64,000 nt of DNA from Candidatus Poribacteria bacterium. GTDB lineage: Bacteria; Poribacteria; WGA-4E; JAJDTR01. Where the stretch lies: positions 3,296,001-3,360,000 of the forward strand of contig CBDCTK010000002.1 of assembly GCA_965222225.1 (NCBI GenBank). The letters run 5' to 3'. A program made the position numbers and the translations under genes. The notes under the pieces are model-generated. The model made no database searches. It was not told where the DNA came from and was given only the letters and a program-made list of their open reading frames with translations. Shown here one piece after another: positions 10,492 to 20,905 of this stretch; the stretch's first letter is position 1, and each line of letters begins with the position of its first letter.

Positions 10492-10731
10492 TCAATCCTC
10501 TTTCTGGGCAAGGTCAAGCGCGACGAACCGGTAGCCGACCGCCTTCAGTTGTTCCACAATAGCCTCACGCATCTGGAGAGCACGGCCAAAAACTGCCTCA
10601 GGCACTTGGATGCGTAAGACCGGCGAGTGGTCAAAAAGGACTGCTTCCTTGATACCAATCTCCTCCAAACAGCGCCGAGCCTCTGTGAGCAATCTCTTTT
10701 TTTCAGCTTTTGACTGGGAATCCTGATTCAT
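10492..10731 (-). CDS. Small protein resembling the LarE C-terminal domain (stand-alone)
   Basis: LRIQV...REAIVEQLKAVGYRFVALDL resembles the C-terminus of LarE/PP-loop proteins; the PP-loop ATPase domain is absent. Confidence 0.55.
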   Translation of the reverse strand: MNQDSQSKAEKKRLLTEARRCLEEIGIKEAVLFDHSPVLRIQVPEAVFGRALQMREAIVEQLKAVGYRFVALDLAQKED

Positions 10732-10857
10732 TCTATATTGGGTATATTCGGGTGTGTAGATGAGACCTAGAGATACCAATACTTACCGCAACCGGAACAG
10801 CCAATTGTATCATCCCTGCTATAGCTGGTCAATCGAAAATAACCTGATTCCACCAAC

Positions 10858-11838
10858 TCAGTCAACCTTCAAGAGAATCTTGCCGAAATTCCTATTAGAT
10901 TCCATATACTCGTGCGCTTCACGCGCTTGAGACAACGGTATAACGGTATCAATTATCGCTTTAATCTTCCCCTCCTTGAGCAACGGCAGCCACCGCTTGA
11001 TGAACCGCTCGGTAATGCGAATCTTGTCCTCGATAGGTAGTGCACGCATCACGGAGCCGAAAATCTGCAGGCGCTTACGCAAGATGACTCCCATATCAAT
11101 TTCGCCTGCGCTGCCGCCCATCAACCCGACAACGACCAAGCGGCCGCGCGGTTTGAGTATGGCGAGATTGCGTTTGAGGTAAGGCGCTCCGATAAAATCT
11201 TGTACAACGTCCACACCTTCCCCGTCTGTCAGTCGCATGATTTCATCGGCAAAGTCAGCCTCCTTATAGTTGATGCCCTCCGTGCATCCAAGGCTCTTGC
11301 TCCGTTCAATCTTTTCTGCGGATCCGGCGGTGATAAACACCCGCGCACCTATCTGGTGCGCCATCTGCGTCCCGGTTGTTCCTACCCCGCTCCCGCCCGC
11401 ATGAATCAGCACGGTTTCTCCGGCACTCAGTTTGCCGAATGTAAACAGCGTTTCACTCGCCGTAAAGAAGACCTCCGGCACCGCTGCCGCCTGCTCAAAG
11501 CTCCACCCCTCCGGAATGGGTATTGCCATGCGATAGTCGATAATCGTCTGCTCGGCGTATCCACCACTTCCTATTAAGCCGAATACGCGGTCGCCCTGCT
11601 TGAAACCGGTTGCTTTATTCCCGATCCGTTCAACCGTACCGGCTATTTCCAAGCCGAGAATCTCGGATTCACCCGGCGGCATGGGATAGGAGCCCTTTCG
11701 TTGGATAGTATCTACACGATTGACACCAGCCGCTTTGACATTGACCAATAATTGTGTTGGACTAGGGGACGGCACGGGAAACTCCACCAATTTCAGAACC
11801 TCGGGACCGCCGCCTGCGGTTGCAATAATTGCCTTCAT
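10858..11838 (-). CDS. NAD(P)H:quinone oxidoreductase, PIG3/MDR family
   Basis: ILGLEIAG, VLIHAGGSGVG nucleotide-binding motif, C-terminal GKILL. Confidence 0.9.
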   Translation of the reverse strand: MKAIIATAGGGPEVLKLVEFPVPSPSPTQLLVNVKAAGVNRVDTIQRKGSYPMPPGESEILGLEIAGTVERIGNKATGFKQGDRVFGLIGSGGYAEQTIIDYRMAIPIPEGWSFEQAAAVPEVFFTASETLFTFGKLSAGETVLIHAGGSGVGTTGTQMAHQIGARVFITAGSAEKIERSKSLGCTEGINYKEADFADEIMRLTDGEGVDVVQDFIGAPYLKRNLAILKPRGRLVVVGLMGGSAGEIDMGVILRKRLQIFGSVMRALPIEDKIRITERFIKRWLPLLKEGKIKAIIDTVIPLSQAREAHEYMESNRNFGKILLKVD

Positions 11839-12064
11839 TAAACATCGTGAGCGAGAATCGCCCTCTCCTTTTTGTGTTTTTGGTTATTTTGGCTATTGAC
11901 GGATTTTATCATACCCGCCAGGCAATGACAATTTGAAAAAAGCGCCGTTGACATTCTGTGCGCAGGCGACCACCAAGGAACGCCTCTCCACAGGACATCA
12001 CAAATCTGTACTGCTAGCGCATTTTGTGGCCCGTGCAATTGTCCAATAAGAATCAAAATCATTA

Positions 12065-12270
12065 GACCTTGTTTGAAGATTCATTTGTCGTAGCACCATA
12101 CAGCCCAAAGCCCTGGAAGGGCGACAGGTGTAAAGCAACGCCGATCTCACACACATCAAAGCCCCAGAGCGGGATCAAACGAGTGGATAACGAGTGCGAT
12201 AGAGATCCCACAGGTAGCAACAACTCAAATACCCAAGAATCGCTTTGCCACCGATTATTCAAACAGGTTC
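12065..12270. mobile_element. Non-autonomous MITE with IS5-like ends
   Basis: Imperfect terminal IRs GACCTTGTTTGAA / TTCAAACAGGTTC with TNA flanks (TTA/TCA). The ~45-bp right end recurs at about 22966-23010 and 31783-31830. Confidence 0.55.
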
Positions 12271-12599
12271 TCAACAAAACCACGATTGGATTGCTCTTCT
12301 TTATGTAATCTGGAGAAAATTCTCTCTTTCAACCCGTAGGTTGGGTTGAACACAGTGAAACCCAACTATTCCGCTCCCATGCCGCCCCTCCAAAGAATTA
12401 TGGGTTACGTGGAAGAAAACCTTCCGCCCTTCTTTTCTTCCATTCTTCCAATCCCTCGACATATGATCTGGAGAAAATTTCCGCTTTCGGGTAAAATATG
12501 GTGGAAGAAACACTGGACGAAGAATTTTATTGTGTTTCATCGTTTGGCTATCTCCATTTTTGGGCTTTTCTAGCGTACTGGAGGACTCGGGTCGACAAC

Positions 12600-15500
12600 A
12601 TGAACTTGAAATACTTTCTTCTCGGAGGAGTCGCTGTATTGCTCGGCTTTCTGCTGTACCCGCGCGGGGAAGAGCCGATCAATCAAGAATATGTTAAACC
12701 CGTCCGTCAGCTTGATAACGAGCCGCTCCATTACACTGACATTTTGAGCACAACGCCGATCTACACGACCTACGATCTCGGTTATGTCTATAAAATCGAC
12801 AAAGTTGAAGTGCAATTTGATAACCCGAATGAAAGTGGACCAAAACAGTTTGACCTGTTGGTTCAAACTGACCGGTTAAAAACACCCTTCCCACGAGCCT
12901 TTTCTTACGTTGGCAGTTCCCGCGAGTATAAGTATTCAACGCATTCTCTCCCCATCCCGGCTGAAGCACGCTGGATACAGATTGTGATTAACGACTGGTT
13001 CAGTGACCGACCAAGATTGAAAAACGAGGAATTCAGAGTTGGCTTACGCTATGAATCACCGAGCCAATTCCTTGCGATGGAGGCGAATCACAATAACTCG
13101 GCAGACCTGATAAAACTGACGGATTTGCTGATTTCTGAGGATTCAAAGTGGAAAGGCGCGCGGAGAATAGAGGAAAAGGTCGAGATAGACGGCAAAACCG
13201 AGCGCCGAATCTCCTACGCTTCTCCAACAGAAGCTCTGGAAGTCACGGCCGATTTGGGAGCCGTCTCCAAGATTTACGGTTTCCGCCTCACAACCGACGG
13301 TCCCGGCAATAACCTCAAGCGATTTCGTGTTCTAATCAGTTCCGATGGGGGGAAATATTCCGAGGTATATGTTTCAAACATCTTGCCTGACGAAACTTTC
13401 ACCGATCTTCATCTTTTTGAGTCGCCTTCCTTTAATCATTTCAACTCCGATGCTCAGGGGCACGACAATGAGATTCGCGCACGTTACATTCGCTTACAGA
13501 TTGATAGTGGAGATTGGTACGGCAGTTATCCGGAGCTTCGTGAATTTGAGGTTTTCACGGACGCCTATCGCCTACCTCCCCCGTCCGAACACAAGTTGAG
13601 CGATTACAACGCGATACAGATGCACTATGAGAATTTGGGACTAGACGGCAATGTCTTGGCACCACACTTAGTTCAAGGATTCGCCTTCGATCGTGGAACA
13701 AGAGACAAAAACCACTATTTCATAGCGACGGATAAGGTGGATGCGGGGAACACGCCCAGCCAGTTGAGTTTCGCCTATCATTACAATCAAGTGAAACTAA
13801 GATACACGGGACTAGATCCGTCGCACCTCTATTGGGTGCGTACAACATACCTGGGTGAAAAGGGTGGGGGACGGACACAGAACTTCGTACTCGACGGGTT
13901 CATCCTGCATGATGCGATGCTCGTGCCGGAAGGAAAAGCGGAGATTCATGTTTTCCGGATTCCGAGCGCCGCATACGCTGATGGCGCAATTGAATTGAAT
14001 TTCAATCGACTAACGGGACCGAACGCTGTTGTTTCAGAAGTCTCCATCCTAGAAGCACGGCTCACATCAGAAATGGATAGTAACGTGAAGTCGACAAATC
14101 TAGATATTGGGTGGGCGACACGCGTTCCCGCTGAACCGTCCTCCGCCAGCCGCGTTGTGATTGATGGAAAACTGAATGAATGGCCTCAACTTTATCCGCT
14201 GCTCCCTGACAGTTATGATACAGCCGCTAACGCCCCTGTAGCTCTTCATGCCCAGTGGGACGAGGATAACCTCTACATCGCGGCGGAAACTGACCGACAA
14301 GCAACGCCGATACAAGATGAACAGTCCGGTCCAATTGAGGACGCGCGCGCGTCCTCGGAAGATAGCCCGGTACTGCACTTGTTTGTTGACACGGCTCTTC
14401 GCAGGTCTCCGGGAATGTATACGGCTAACGACCACCATTTTACATTCACAATCTTCGATTCGGAAGACAACCAACCTCAGGTCGTGCCAGCACAAATCCA
14501 TCATCACCTTGATGCCATTCCCAACAGCATCAATGACCACCAAGCAATCAAGGCAACGGTAACGAAAACAGTCGCCGGACACATCTTGGAGGCGCGAATC
14601 CCCAAGAGCCTCGCGCTGTCTGAATTCCATCCGGAGCTTGAGGGCCGCATCGGATTCAATTACGTGGTAGAAAACTTGAAGCACCCGGACAATCAACCTC
14701 GCCGGTTTGCTTATGGGACGAGTGATTTGACGGCGCCGCCAAATCGCTGGAATGTTCTCCGGCTCGCGAACCAAATCAGCGGACAGGCTGCTATCATTGC
14801 TCAACACCAGTCTGCGAATGGAGAAGGAACCGTTGCTTTAACGGAAATGGACGGCAATAGCCCGCGCTCTCACGCCACGTTTAGTGCCGGAGACATTCTC
14901 ATACTCTGCGTCTGGGATACCGAGCGTAATACCAATCGCATCGAATCCGAGTCGATTACGGCAGAATTGCGAAATGAAACGACAGGGCAATCGTGGAATG
15001 TCGTTTTGCACGAGAGCGATCCCGCTGCGCTCATAGACGACGACCCGGAAAATGACCGGGCGGAGGACAGTTTCCTTTTCGCTGCAAAGGTCGAGACCCT
15101 CTACCGAGAAGTTGATGGGGAAACCCTGGACTCGGGAACGGTCACCAACCCGGAGAATACGCCCACCCCACTCTCCGTTGATGGTAAGGAAGTCATTTCC
15201 TTGACCTACATCGATCCCTATTACAGCACCACCCAACACAATCTGCCTGTTAAGACCTCTACGACAGTAAATTCCGGAACAACAGGGACAGTCGCAATCA
15301 CTAACGAAGCTGGGGAGATAATTCAAGAATTTGAACTTGATGACACAATATATATCCACGTTCAAGATGCGGATTTGGACGCGATAGATCCGGCGTCTGC
15401 TCATGAAATCACAGCGCGTCTGCTTGTCCTTGAAACTCCGGAAGTTGAAATTGTGAAACTGAGATACAGACAAGATCAGGACCTGTACGTGGGAGAAATT

Positions 15501-18500
15501 GTCTCAACGTATAGTGAAACCCCGGCACCGGGTGATGGCATCCTACAATCGGTTGGCAAGCGATTTGTGCAGGCGGTGTATCTGGATGAGATTCAGGACA
15601 CAGGGAGGACCAACGTGCCCGTCAGTGCAAGAGCAGACGCAGTCGTTGGGAAGACCGCTCGCATTCAGTTTCGCCCCGCTACGGACTGGGATACCCGTAA
15701 TGACTTTAGGTTTTTTTATGCAGGAGATCGGCTCGCCGTTTGGTTAACAGACACTGATTTAAATCAGGACAACGACCAGAGAGAAACCGTCGACGTTACG
15801 TTGAGCGGAAACCTCCTCGGCGATCAGTATGAATTAACACTCACCGAGATTAAGCCAGAATTAGGGGAATTCATCGGATTTGTCCAAACGCGCCACGCGA
15901 AATCCGCGTCAGCGAACGGTATACTTGAAGTAACGGGAACAGAAATTATCACAGTCGGCCATCTCGACCTGCTTCAAGATTCTGGCGAAACGCATGTGAT
16001 TGTCATTGATAAAGCGCATGTGAAAGCCGGAGATGACGGGAAAATCGAAATTCTCAAATCCAATTACCTGACACAGCGTGAGAGGTTCAACGCGGGAGAA
16101 ACCCTCTACTTTCGTTTGCTAGACGAGGATGTAACGGATGAAACCGTTGAAATCACACTTGAAGGGAACGGATTGAATGATCGTGAGACCGTTCATTTAT
16201 TGCCATCCCCTACGCCGGGCGATGCTCAAATCCAACCTGTCAAAAGCGTATTTTACGGCTCGATTCCAACAACCTATGACCTCATAGCGACGAAAGCTGA
16301 TGGTTTGTTGCAAGTCCAAGGAACAGAACAGATTCGGGTAACCTACATTGATGAGTTACGTGCCATGGGTGAAGTATCCTTCGTCACTTCGGAAAATTGT
16401 GTTGTGAATACCGGTGCAACTGGCTCACTCAAAGTATATGACAGTGCGGATTTTACCCCTGACGCGGCTGAAAATCGTGAAATATCGAAATTTCGTGCAG
16501 GGGACACGTTGATCTTGGAAATCCGGGATAGTGACTTAAACAAGGCAGATGCGGTTGCAGATCTGTTTCAAACGAATTTTAGTGAAAACACTCAACGCGA
16601 TGATATTCGTGTTTCAATGGTTGAAACGCGGGGCGGATCAGGAGTTTTTCGCGGAGAGATTCGCACTGCGTACGGCGAAACACCAATTCCAACCGACAAT
16701 ATCTTGCAGGTTCAAGGGGGTGGAATTGTCAATTTCACATACATTGATGCATTACAAAACACAGGGGCAACTCAAGTGCCAATCACGGCAACACTCTCGG
16801 TCAAAGCCGGTGACAAGGGAGAGTTGAGACTTTACGGCGCCGAAAGCGGGAAACTAATCAGCGGTCTCTCTGTCGGCACAGGCAGTTTCGAATCAGGCGA
16901 GAGACTTCGGATGGAGCTAATGGATAAAGACCTCAATCTCTCACGGGAAGTGGCTGACACAGTGAGAATTGCTGCATCCGGGAACGTGCTCAAGGACGAA
17001 GTGGTCCTCATGTTGGAAGAGACCGAAGACGATAGCGCCATTTTTGTGGGTGAATTGCGGACGCAGAAATCCGACCAGACCGGACTTCCCGATTTTACTT
17101 CGCAAAGCGAGGGCGAGATTGAATCGGTAGAAGAAGAGACAACTTCACTCTCTTTTGAGAACAATTCTGATTCTGATATAGTCCGGGAAATACAACCTGT
17201 CGCCGTCCCTGACGATATTCTACAGGTTACCGATAAAGAGAGGATTACTGTCGAATACATCGATATGCTTACGACGACGGGGGAACCAAACGTACCAATC
17301 CAAGTCGAAGCGATCGTGTTGGGGGGTAGCGCCGGCTTATTGCGTATCGTCAATGGAGATGGTGTTGGTGCTCAATTTGCCCCGAGTCAGGAATTGGCAA
17401 AATTCAATGCCGGAGAGCCTATCTATTTCCGCTTGGAGGATTTGCTATTAAGCACGGTCGTCGACACGGAGGCAGTCCAAATTACTGTCGCCGGGAACAA
17501 AACGCACGATCGCGTCAGTGTTACTTTGCGAAAGCATCCGGAGGCACAGGGCGTATTCACCGCATTCGTCGCGACGAGGTATGGCACCTCCCCGATAGCG
17601 GATGAAACCCTTGATGTGCAAGGTGCCGAAGAAATCCGTGCGGTTTACAATCCGCCAGCCCCTATTGTCCAAGATTTCGGGATTGCAGACTATACCTACG
17701 TTAATCACGGGGTGCGCGGTAATCTAAGTATCGTCAATCAGGACGGGACACTTCTCCACAATTTCAATATTGGAAGCTCGCTTCACTTCCGTCTGGAAGA
17801 TGCAGACTTGAACTCGGACCCATTCGTGGCGGAAACTTCGAAGATACTGGTAACTAAAACTGATTCGCAAGGTACAATACAGCGCTCGGTTGCGATCACT
17901 GTACCCCTATATGAGGATTGTCAAAACTCACATATTTTTAGGGGTATGCTTCCTACTCAATATGGGAGAACTTCGGCGGAAACCAGTATAGGGTTAGTCG
18001 GGGAAGAAATCGTGACCGCAACTTATGAAGATGGGCTAACTGATACCGGAGAGATAAACGTGGAGATTGAGGTTGCCTTTCGCGCGAACCCTGTCGCATG
18101 GGCGCGATACACCAGCGAGCCGGTGGTGATTGATGGAATTGACGACAAATGGCCGCTGGAACGAGTTATCCGAACATCAAAGGACGAAGGACTGATTTGG
18201 TTACAATGGAGCGACGATTCCCTTTACCTTCTCGCCCAAATCTATGATGACGATGTAATGGTGCCCAACGCGCTCAAATATTACGAAGGCGCGGATGCGC
18301 TGGAAATACACATAAATATTCAGCCCGCTGGAGATAGCAAACCGAGTTACCTACAGACTGGGCAAGATCCGAACCGGTACATTCTTTGGATTTGTCCGAA
18401 AGGGGCGGGCTTCGGCGGGGACGAACCATACATTGGTCAGTGGCTGCCGGATCGCATCTACAACTACGAGGCAAGAAATCTTAAAGCTGCTGTGCGGCAG

Positions 18501-18722
18501 GAAGCTAACTATTACATTATAGAAGCGCGAATCCCCTTCTATCCCGTTCTTGGGAGTTTTGACCCCATAAAGACGAAACGGCATAAGCGCATCGGCTTCA
18601 ATCTGGTCATCCATCGATCCGACGATCAGCGCGTCTATTGGGCGAGACAGACACCCGGCGCCGAAACCGCTGCGCCAAGTGATTTAGGTATGTTGATTTT
18701 GGAGGGGCCTGCCCCACAGTAG
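12600..18722 (+). CDS. Giant secreted/membrane-anchored protein with discoidin(F5/8)-like, CBM9-like and about 8 tandem Ig-like repeat domains
   Basis: N-terminal TM/signal after ATG 12600 (GAGGA upstream). ARYIRL/ELREFEV discoidin motif; two IDG.L.EW...WDEDNLY CBM9-like domains; repeats D.DLN...ETV.V...ET....G.F.G...DG.L.V.G.E.I...Y.D. Confidence 0.75.
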   Translation: MNLKYFLLGGVAVLLGFLLYPRGEEPINQEYVKPVRQLDNEPLHYTDILSTTPIYTTYDLGYVYKIDKVEVQFDNPNESGPKQFDLLVQTDRLKTPFPRAFSYVGSSREYKYSTHSLPIPAEARWIQIVINDWFSDRPRLKNEEFRVGLRYESPSQFLAMEANHNNSADLIKLTDLLISEDSKWKGARRIEEKVEIDGKTERRISYASPTEALEVTADLGAVSKIYGFRLTTDGPGNNLKRFRVLISSDGGKYSEVYVSNILPDETFTDLHLFESPSFNHFNSDAQGHDNEIRARYIRLQIDSGDWYGSYPELREFEVFTDAYRLPPPSEHKLSDYNAIQMHYENLGLDGNVLAPHLVQGFAFDRGTRDKNHYFIATDKVDAGNTPSQLSFAYHYNQVKLRYTGLDPSHLYWVRTTYLGEKGGGRTQNFVLDGFILHDAMLVPEGKAEIHVFRIPSAAYADGAIELNFNRLTGPNAVVSEVSILEARLTSEMDSNVKSTNLDIGWATRVPAEPSSASRVVIDGKLNEWPQLYPLLPDSYDTAANAPVALHAQWDEDNLYIAAETDRQATPIQDEQSGPIEDARASSEDSPVLHLFVDTALRRSPGMYTANDHHFTFTIFDSEDNQPQVVPAQIHHHLDAIPNSINDHQAIKATVTKTVAGHILEARIPKSLALSEFHPELEGRIGFNYVVENLKHPDNQPRRFAYGTSDLTAPPNRWNVLRLANQISGQAAIIAQHQSANGEGTVALTEMDGNSPRSHATFSAGDILILCVWDTERNTNRIESESITAELRNETTGQSWNVVLHESDPAALIDDDPENDRAEDSFLFAAKVETLYREVDGETLDSGTVTNPENTPTPLSVDGKEVISLTYIDPYYSTTQHNLPVKTSTTVNSGTTGTVAITNEAGEIIQEFELDDTIYIHVQDADLDAIDPASAHEITARLLVLETPEVEIVKLRYRQDQDLYVGEIVSTYSETPAPGDGILQSVGKRFVQAVYLDEIQDTGRTNVPVSARADAVVGKTARIQFRPATDWDTRNDFRFFYAGDRLAVWLTDTDLNQDNDQRETVDVTLSGNLLGDQYELTLTEIKPELGEFIGFVQTRHAKSASANGILEVTGTEIITVGHLDLLQDSGETHVIVIDKAHVKAGDDGKIEILKSNYLTQRERFNAGETLYFRLLDEDVTDETVEITLEGNGLNDRETVHLLPSPTPGDAQIQPVKSVFYGSIPTTYDLIATKADGLLQVQGTEQIRVTYIDELRAMGEVSFVTSENCVVNTGATGSLKVYDSADFTPDAAENREISKFRAGDTLILEIRDSDLNKADAVADLFQTNFSENTQRDDIRVSMVETRGGSGVFRGEIRTAYGETPIPTDNILQVQGGGIVNFTYIDALQNTGATQVPITATLSVKAGDKGELRLYGAESGKLISGLSVGTGSFESGERLRMELMDKDLNLSREVADTVRIAASGNVLKDEVVLMLEETEDDSAIFVGELRTQKSDQTGLPDFTSQSEGEIESVEEETTSLSFENNSDSDIVREIQPVAVPDDILQVTDKERITVEYIDMLTTTGEPNVPIQVEAIVLGGSAGLLRIVNGDGVGAQFAPSQELAKFNAGEPIYFRLEDLLLSTVVDTEAVQITVAGNKTHDRVSVTLRKHPEAQGVFTAFVATRYGTSPIADETLDVQGAEEIRAVYNPPAPIVQDFGIADYTYVNHGVRGNLSIVNQDGTLLHNFNIGSSLHFRLEDADLNSDPFVAETSKILVTKTDSQGTIQRSVAITVPLYEDCQNSHIFRGMLPTQYGRTSAETSIGLVGEEIVTATYEDGLTDTGEINVEIEVAFRANPVAWARYTSEPVVIDGIDDKWPLERVIRTSKDEGLIWLQWSDDSLYLLAQIYDDDVMVPNALKYYEGADALEIHINIQPAGDSKPSYLQTGQDPNRYILWICPKGAGFGGDEPYIGQWLPDRIYNYEARNLKAAVRQEANYYIIEARIPFYPVLGSFDPIKTKRHKRIGFNLVIHRSDDQRVYWARQTPGAETAAPSDLGMLILEGPAPQ

Positions 18723-18761
18723 ATCATGTCCCTCATTCAACTGTGTTGATTCCTCTGTTGC

Positions 18762-19526
18762 TTAACGGCCTGACAACTCATTGACAATCGCGACGTTCTC
18801 CTCTACCTCGCGTCGACTTTCCATCCCGATTGTCATGGCATGCACACACGGCAACCCCATCACAAATTCGATGCCCTGTCTGGGCCCATCCTGTTTTGCG
18901 AGCTTGCCCTCTCCACACACCTTCATGCCGTAAATCCCCTTGCCGAAGGCAGCCATCTGCTCCATCGTTCGGATGACATCTGCGGGAGAGGCATCCATAC
19001 TCACACCGGCGTAGTTGATTCGCGCCAACACGACCTCAACCCATTTCGTCATTGCCGCTGTCTGAAATGCACCGTAGTCATGACAAGACACGCCGTGTGC
19101 ACGAATCAACCCCTGTTCCTTGCACTCCGACAACGCCTCCATCGCATCGGGATAACGCTCCGTCCAGTCGGGCTGTGTCAGGCAGTGCAGCAGCACGATA
19201 TCAATGTAATCGGATCCCATCTCCTTTAAGAAACGCTTGACATCACTCATGACCTCCTTTTTGGTGCGCGAGGTCGTTTTCGACGTGATAACAACGCTGG
19301 ATCGATCCACGTATTTTAGGGTTTCCCTGATGTACGGATGACTCCCATACCCGTCTGCGGCATCCCAAAACCTGACGCCAAGGTCATGTGCGAAGCAGAG
19401 CAGATTGGCAAATCCTTTCAGACCAAGCTTGGTTTGGTTGGAGCTGCCACCGTTGCCCACAGTGCCCGTGCCGATTGAAAGTCTCGAGACGCGGAGACCC
19501 GAATTTCCAAGATTAACAATTTGCAT
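18762..19526 (-). CDS. Aldo/keto reductase
   Basis: LGNSGLRVSRLSIG, DAADGYG, DYIDIVLLH, GVSCH. Confidence 0.9.
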   Translation of the reverse strand: MQIVNLGNSGLRVSRLSIGTGTVGNGGSSNQTKLGLKGFANLLCFAHDLGVRFWDAADGYGSHPYIRETLKYVDRSSVVITSKTTSRTKKEVMSDVKRFLKEMGSDYIDIVLLHCLTQPDWTERYPDAMEALSECKEQGLIRAHGVSCHDYGAFQTAAMTKWVEVVLARINYAGVSMDASPADVIRTMEQMAAFGKGIYGMKVCGEGKLAKQDGPRQGIEFVMGLPCVHAMTIGMESRREVEENVAIVNELSGR

Positions 19527-19645
19527 GCGATTCCCTCCTTCTCTTCAACCAAAATGTGCGGCGACAATAAATCCCAGTATGAATTATACCACAAATTTAG
19601 CGATCGTGGGAGAATTCTAAAAATAAAGCAGAAACGGGGCAACAA

Positions 19646-20683
19646 TTACTCGGCATCCGACAGATGGACTACCTGCCCTGTTTCTATGCTCTCACTTATC
19701 CCCCGTATAACGCGCATATTCTGATACGCATCCTCCAGACTAGGCTCTGGCTGCTTCCCGTCAAGCAGCGAATGTGCCCAATGGCTCATCTCTTCATAAT
19801 ACCCCGGGCGCCTGATTCCGTCAAGCGCGGTGTTAACATCCCATTCCTCCGTTGGAGTGTTCGCATACCCACCGCCGTCACCTGTCCATGTCGGCAGGCG
19901 GTAGCGACGCAACTTGCGCGTTTCGAACACTTGAACCGCATGATTGTTTGTGCTTTTGATAAACACCATCGCCTCCAAAACGGCGCCGATGCCCAGTGTC
20001 ATTGCGCCGACGCCTCTATTCTCGTACTGAAGATTGACGCAGATTGATACCGTACCGCTTTCGGCGTCGTTGGTGGCGAATGCAATGAGCTGGCTCACCG
20101 GTCCCATGAAAAAGCGCATGCAGTCCGTCGGGTGTATTACCTGATCCAGCATGAAGGGCCAAGCGTACGGCGATCCCGGTTCATGAATACGCGGCGTGGG
20201 TGCAAGGTATCGCGTCTCGTATTGGCAGACACTGCCGAACTCCTCCTCTTCAAGCAGTCGTTTCGCAAGGCGGTGTGCCGGCGCATGACGCCACATTGTG
20301 CCGACCATCCCGGTCTTGCCTGATCTAACTGACGCATCAAGCAGCATCTTTGCCCCCTCGACAGTCGTGGCGGGCGGCTTTTCGGTGTAGATGTGGTATC
20401 CGCGTTCGAGACACTCGATACCGATATCACGGTGCATCTTGTCTTCCGGACGCCCAACCACGGCAACAGCGTCAAGTTCCTCCGTTTTGAGCATCTGATC
20501 GTAATCGGAATACCAGCGTAACGCGCCATATTTTCGAGCGTTCGTTTTCGCTTTATCCTCGATTAAATCACATGTCGCAACAAATTCAATTTCGGGAATC
20601 ATCGGGATGCACTGCTGTAGTCCTGAGGACATTGCGCCGCATCCGATAAATGCGAGTCGAATTTTTCTCAAATTACCCTCCAT
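19646..20683 (-). CDS. Gfo/Idh/MocA family oxidoreductase
   Basis: AFIGCG Rossmann motif, HIYTEKP, QVIHPTD; start taken at MEGNL. Confidence 0.9.
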   Translation of the reverse strand: MEGNLRKIRLAFIGCGAMSSGLQQCIPMIPEIEFVATCDLIEDKAKTNARKYGALRWYSDYDQMLKTEELDAVAVVGRPEDKMHRDIGIECLERGYHIYTEKPPATTVEGAKMLLDASVRSGKTGMVGTMWRHAPAHRLAKRLLEEEEFGSVCQYETRYLAPTPRIHEPGSPYAWPFMLDQVIHPTDCMRFFMGPVSQLIAFATNDAESGTVSICVNLQYENRGVGAMTLGIGAVLEAMVFIKSTNNHAVQVFETRKLRRYRLPTWTGDGGGYANTPTEEWDVNTALDGIRRPGYYEEMSHWAHSLLDGKQPEPSLEDAYQNMRVIRGISESIETGQVVHLSDAE

Positions 20684-20754
20684 GCTCACGCGGTCGATAC
20701 GTCGCCTTCGGTTAGGGCATTCATGCCTGCAACTCCAACACACGCGCGAATTTA

Positions 20755-20851
20755 TTCTTGGTTAACTACAGGTTGCGAAACGGTGGACGCCGCAGCGGCG
20801 ATCGCTTCTTCGATTCGGCAATTTTTCTCCGCATCAATGGCGTTAGGATGA
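20755..20851 (-). pseudogene. Diverged duplicate of the 3' end of the flotillin gene (cf. 23035-23132)
   Basis: Colinear similarity: HPNAIDAEKNCRIEEAIAAAAST versus HPNAIDAEKNRRVEEALAAAAST, extending to the stop-codon region. Confidence 0.8.
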
Positions 20852-20905
20852 GATAAAAGTTTCACGATCTTTCATAATTTTGGAATCGTGGGCGAGAAAA
20901 ACCTG

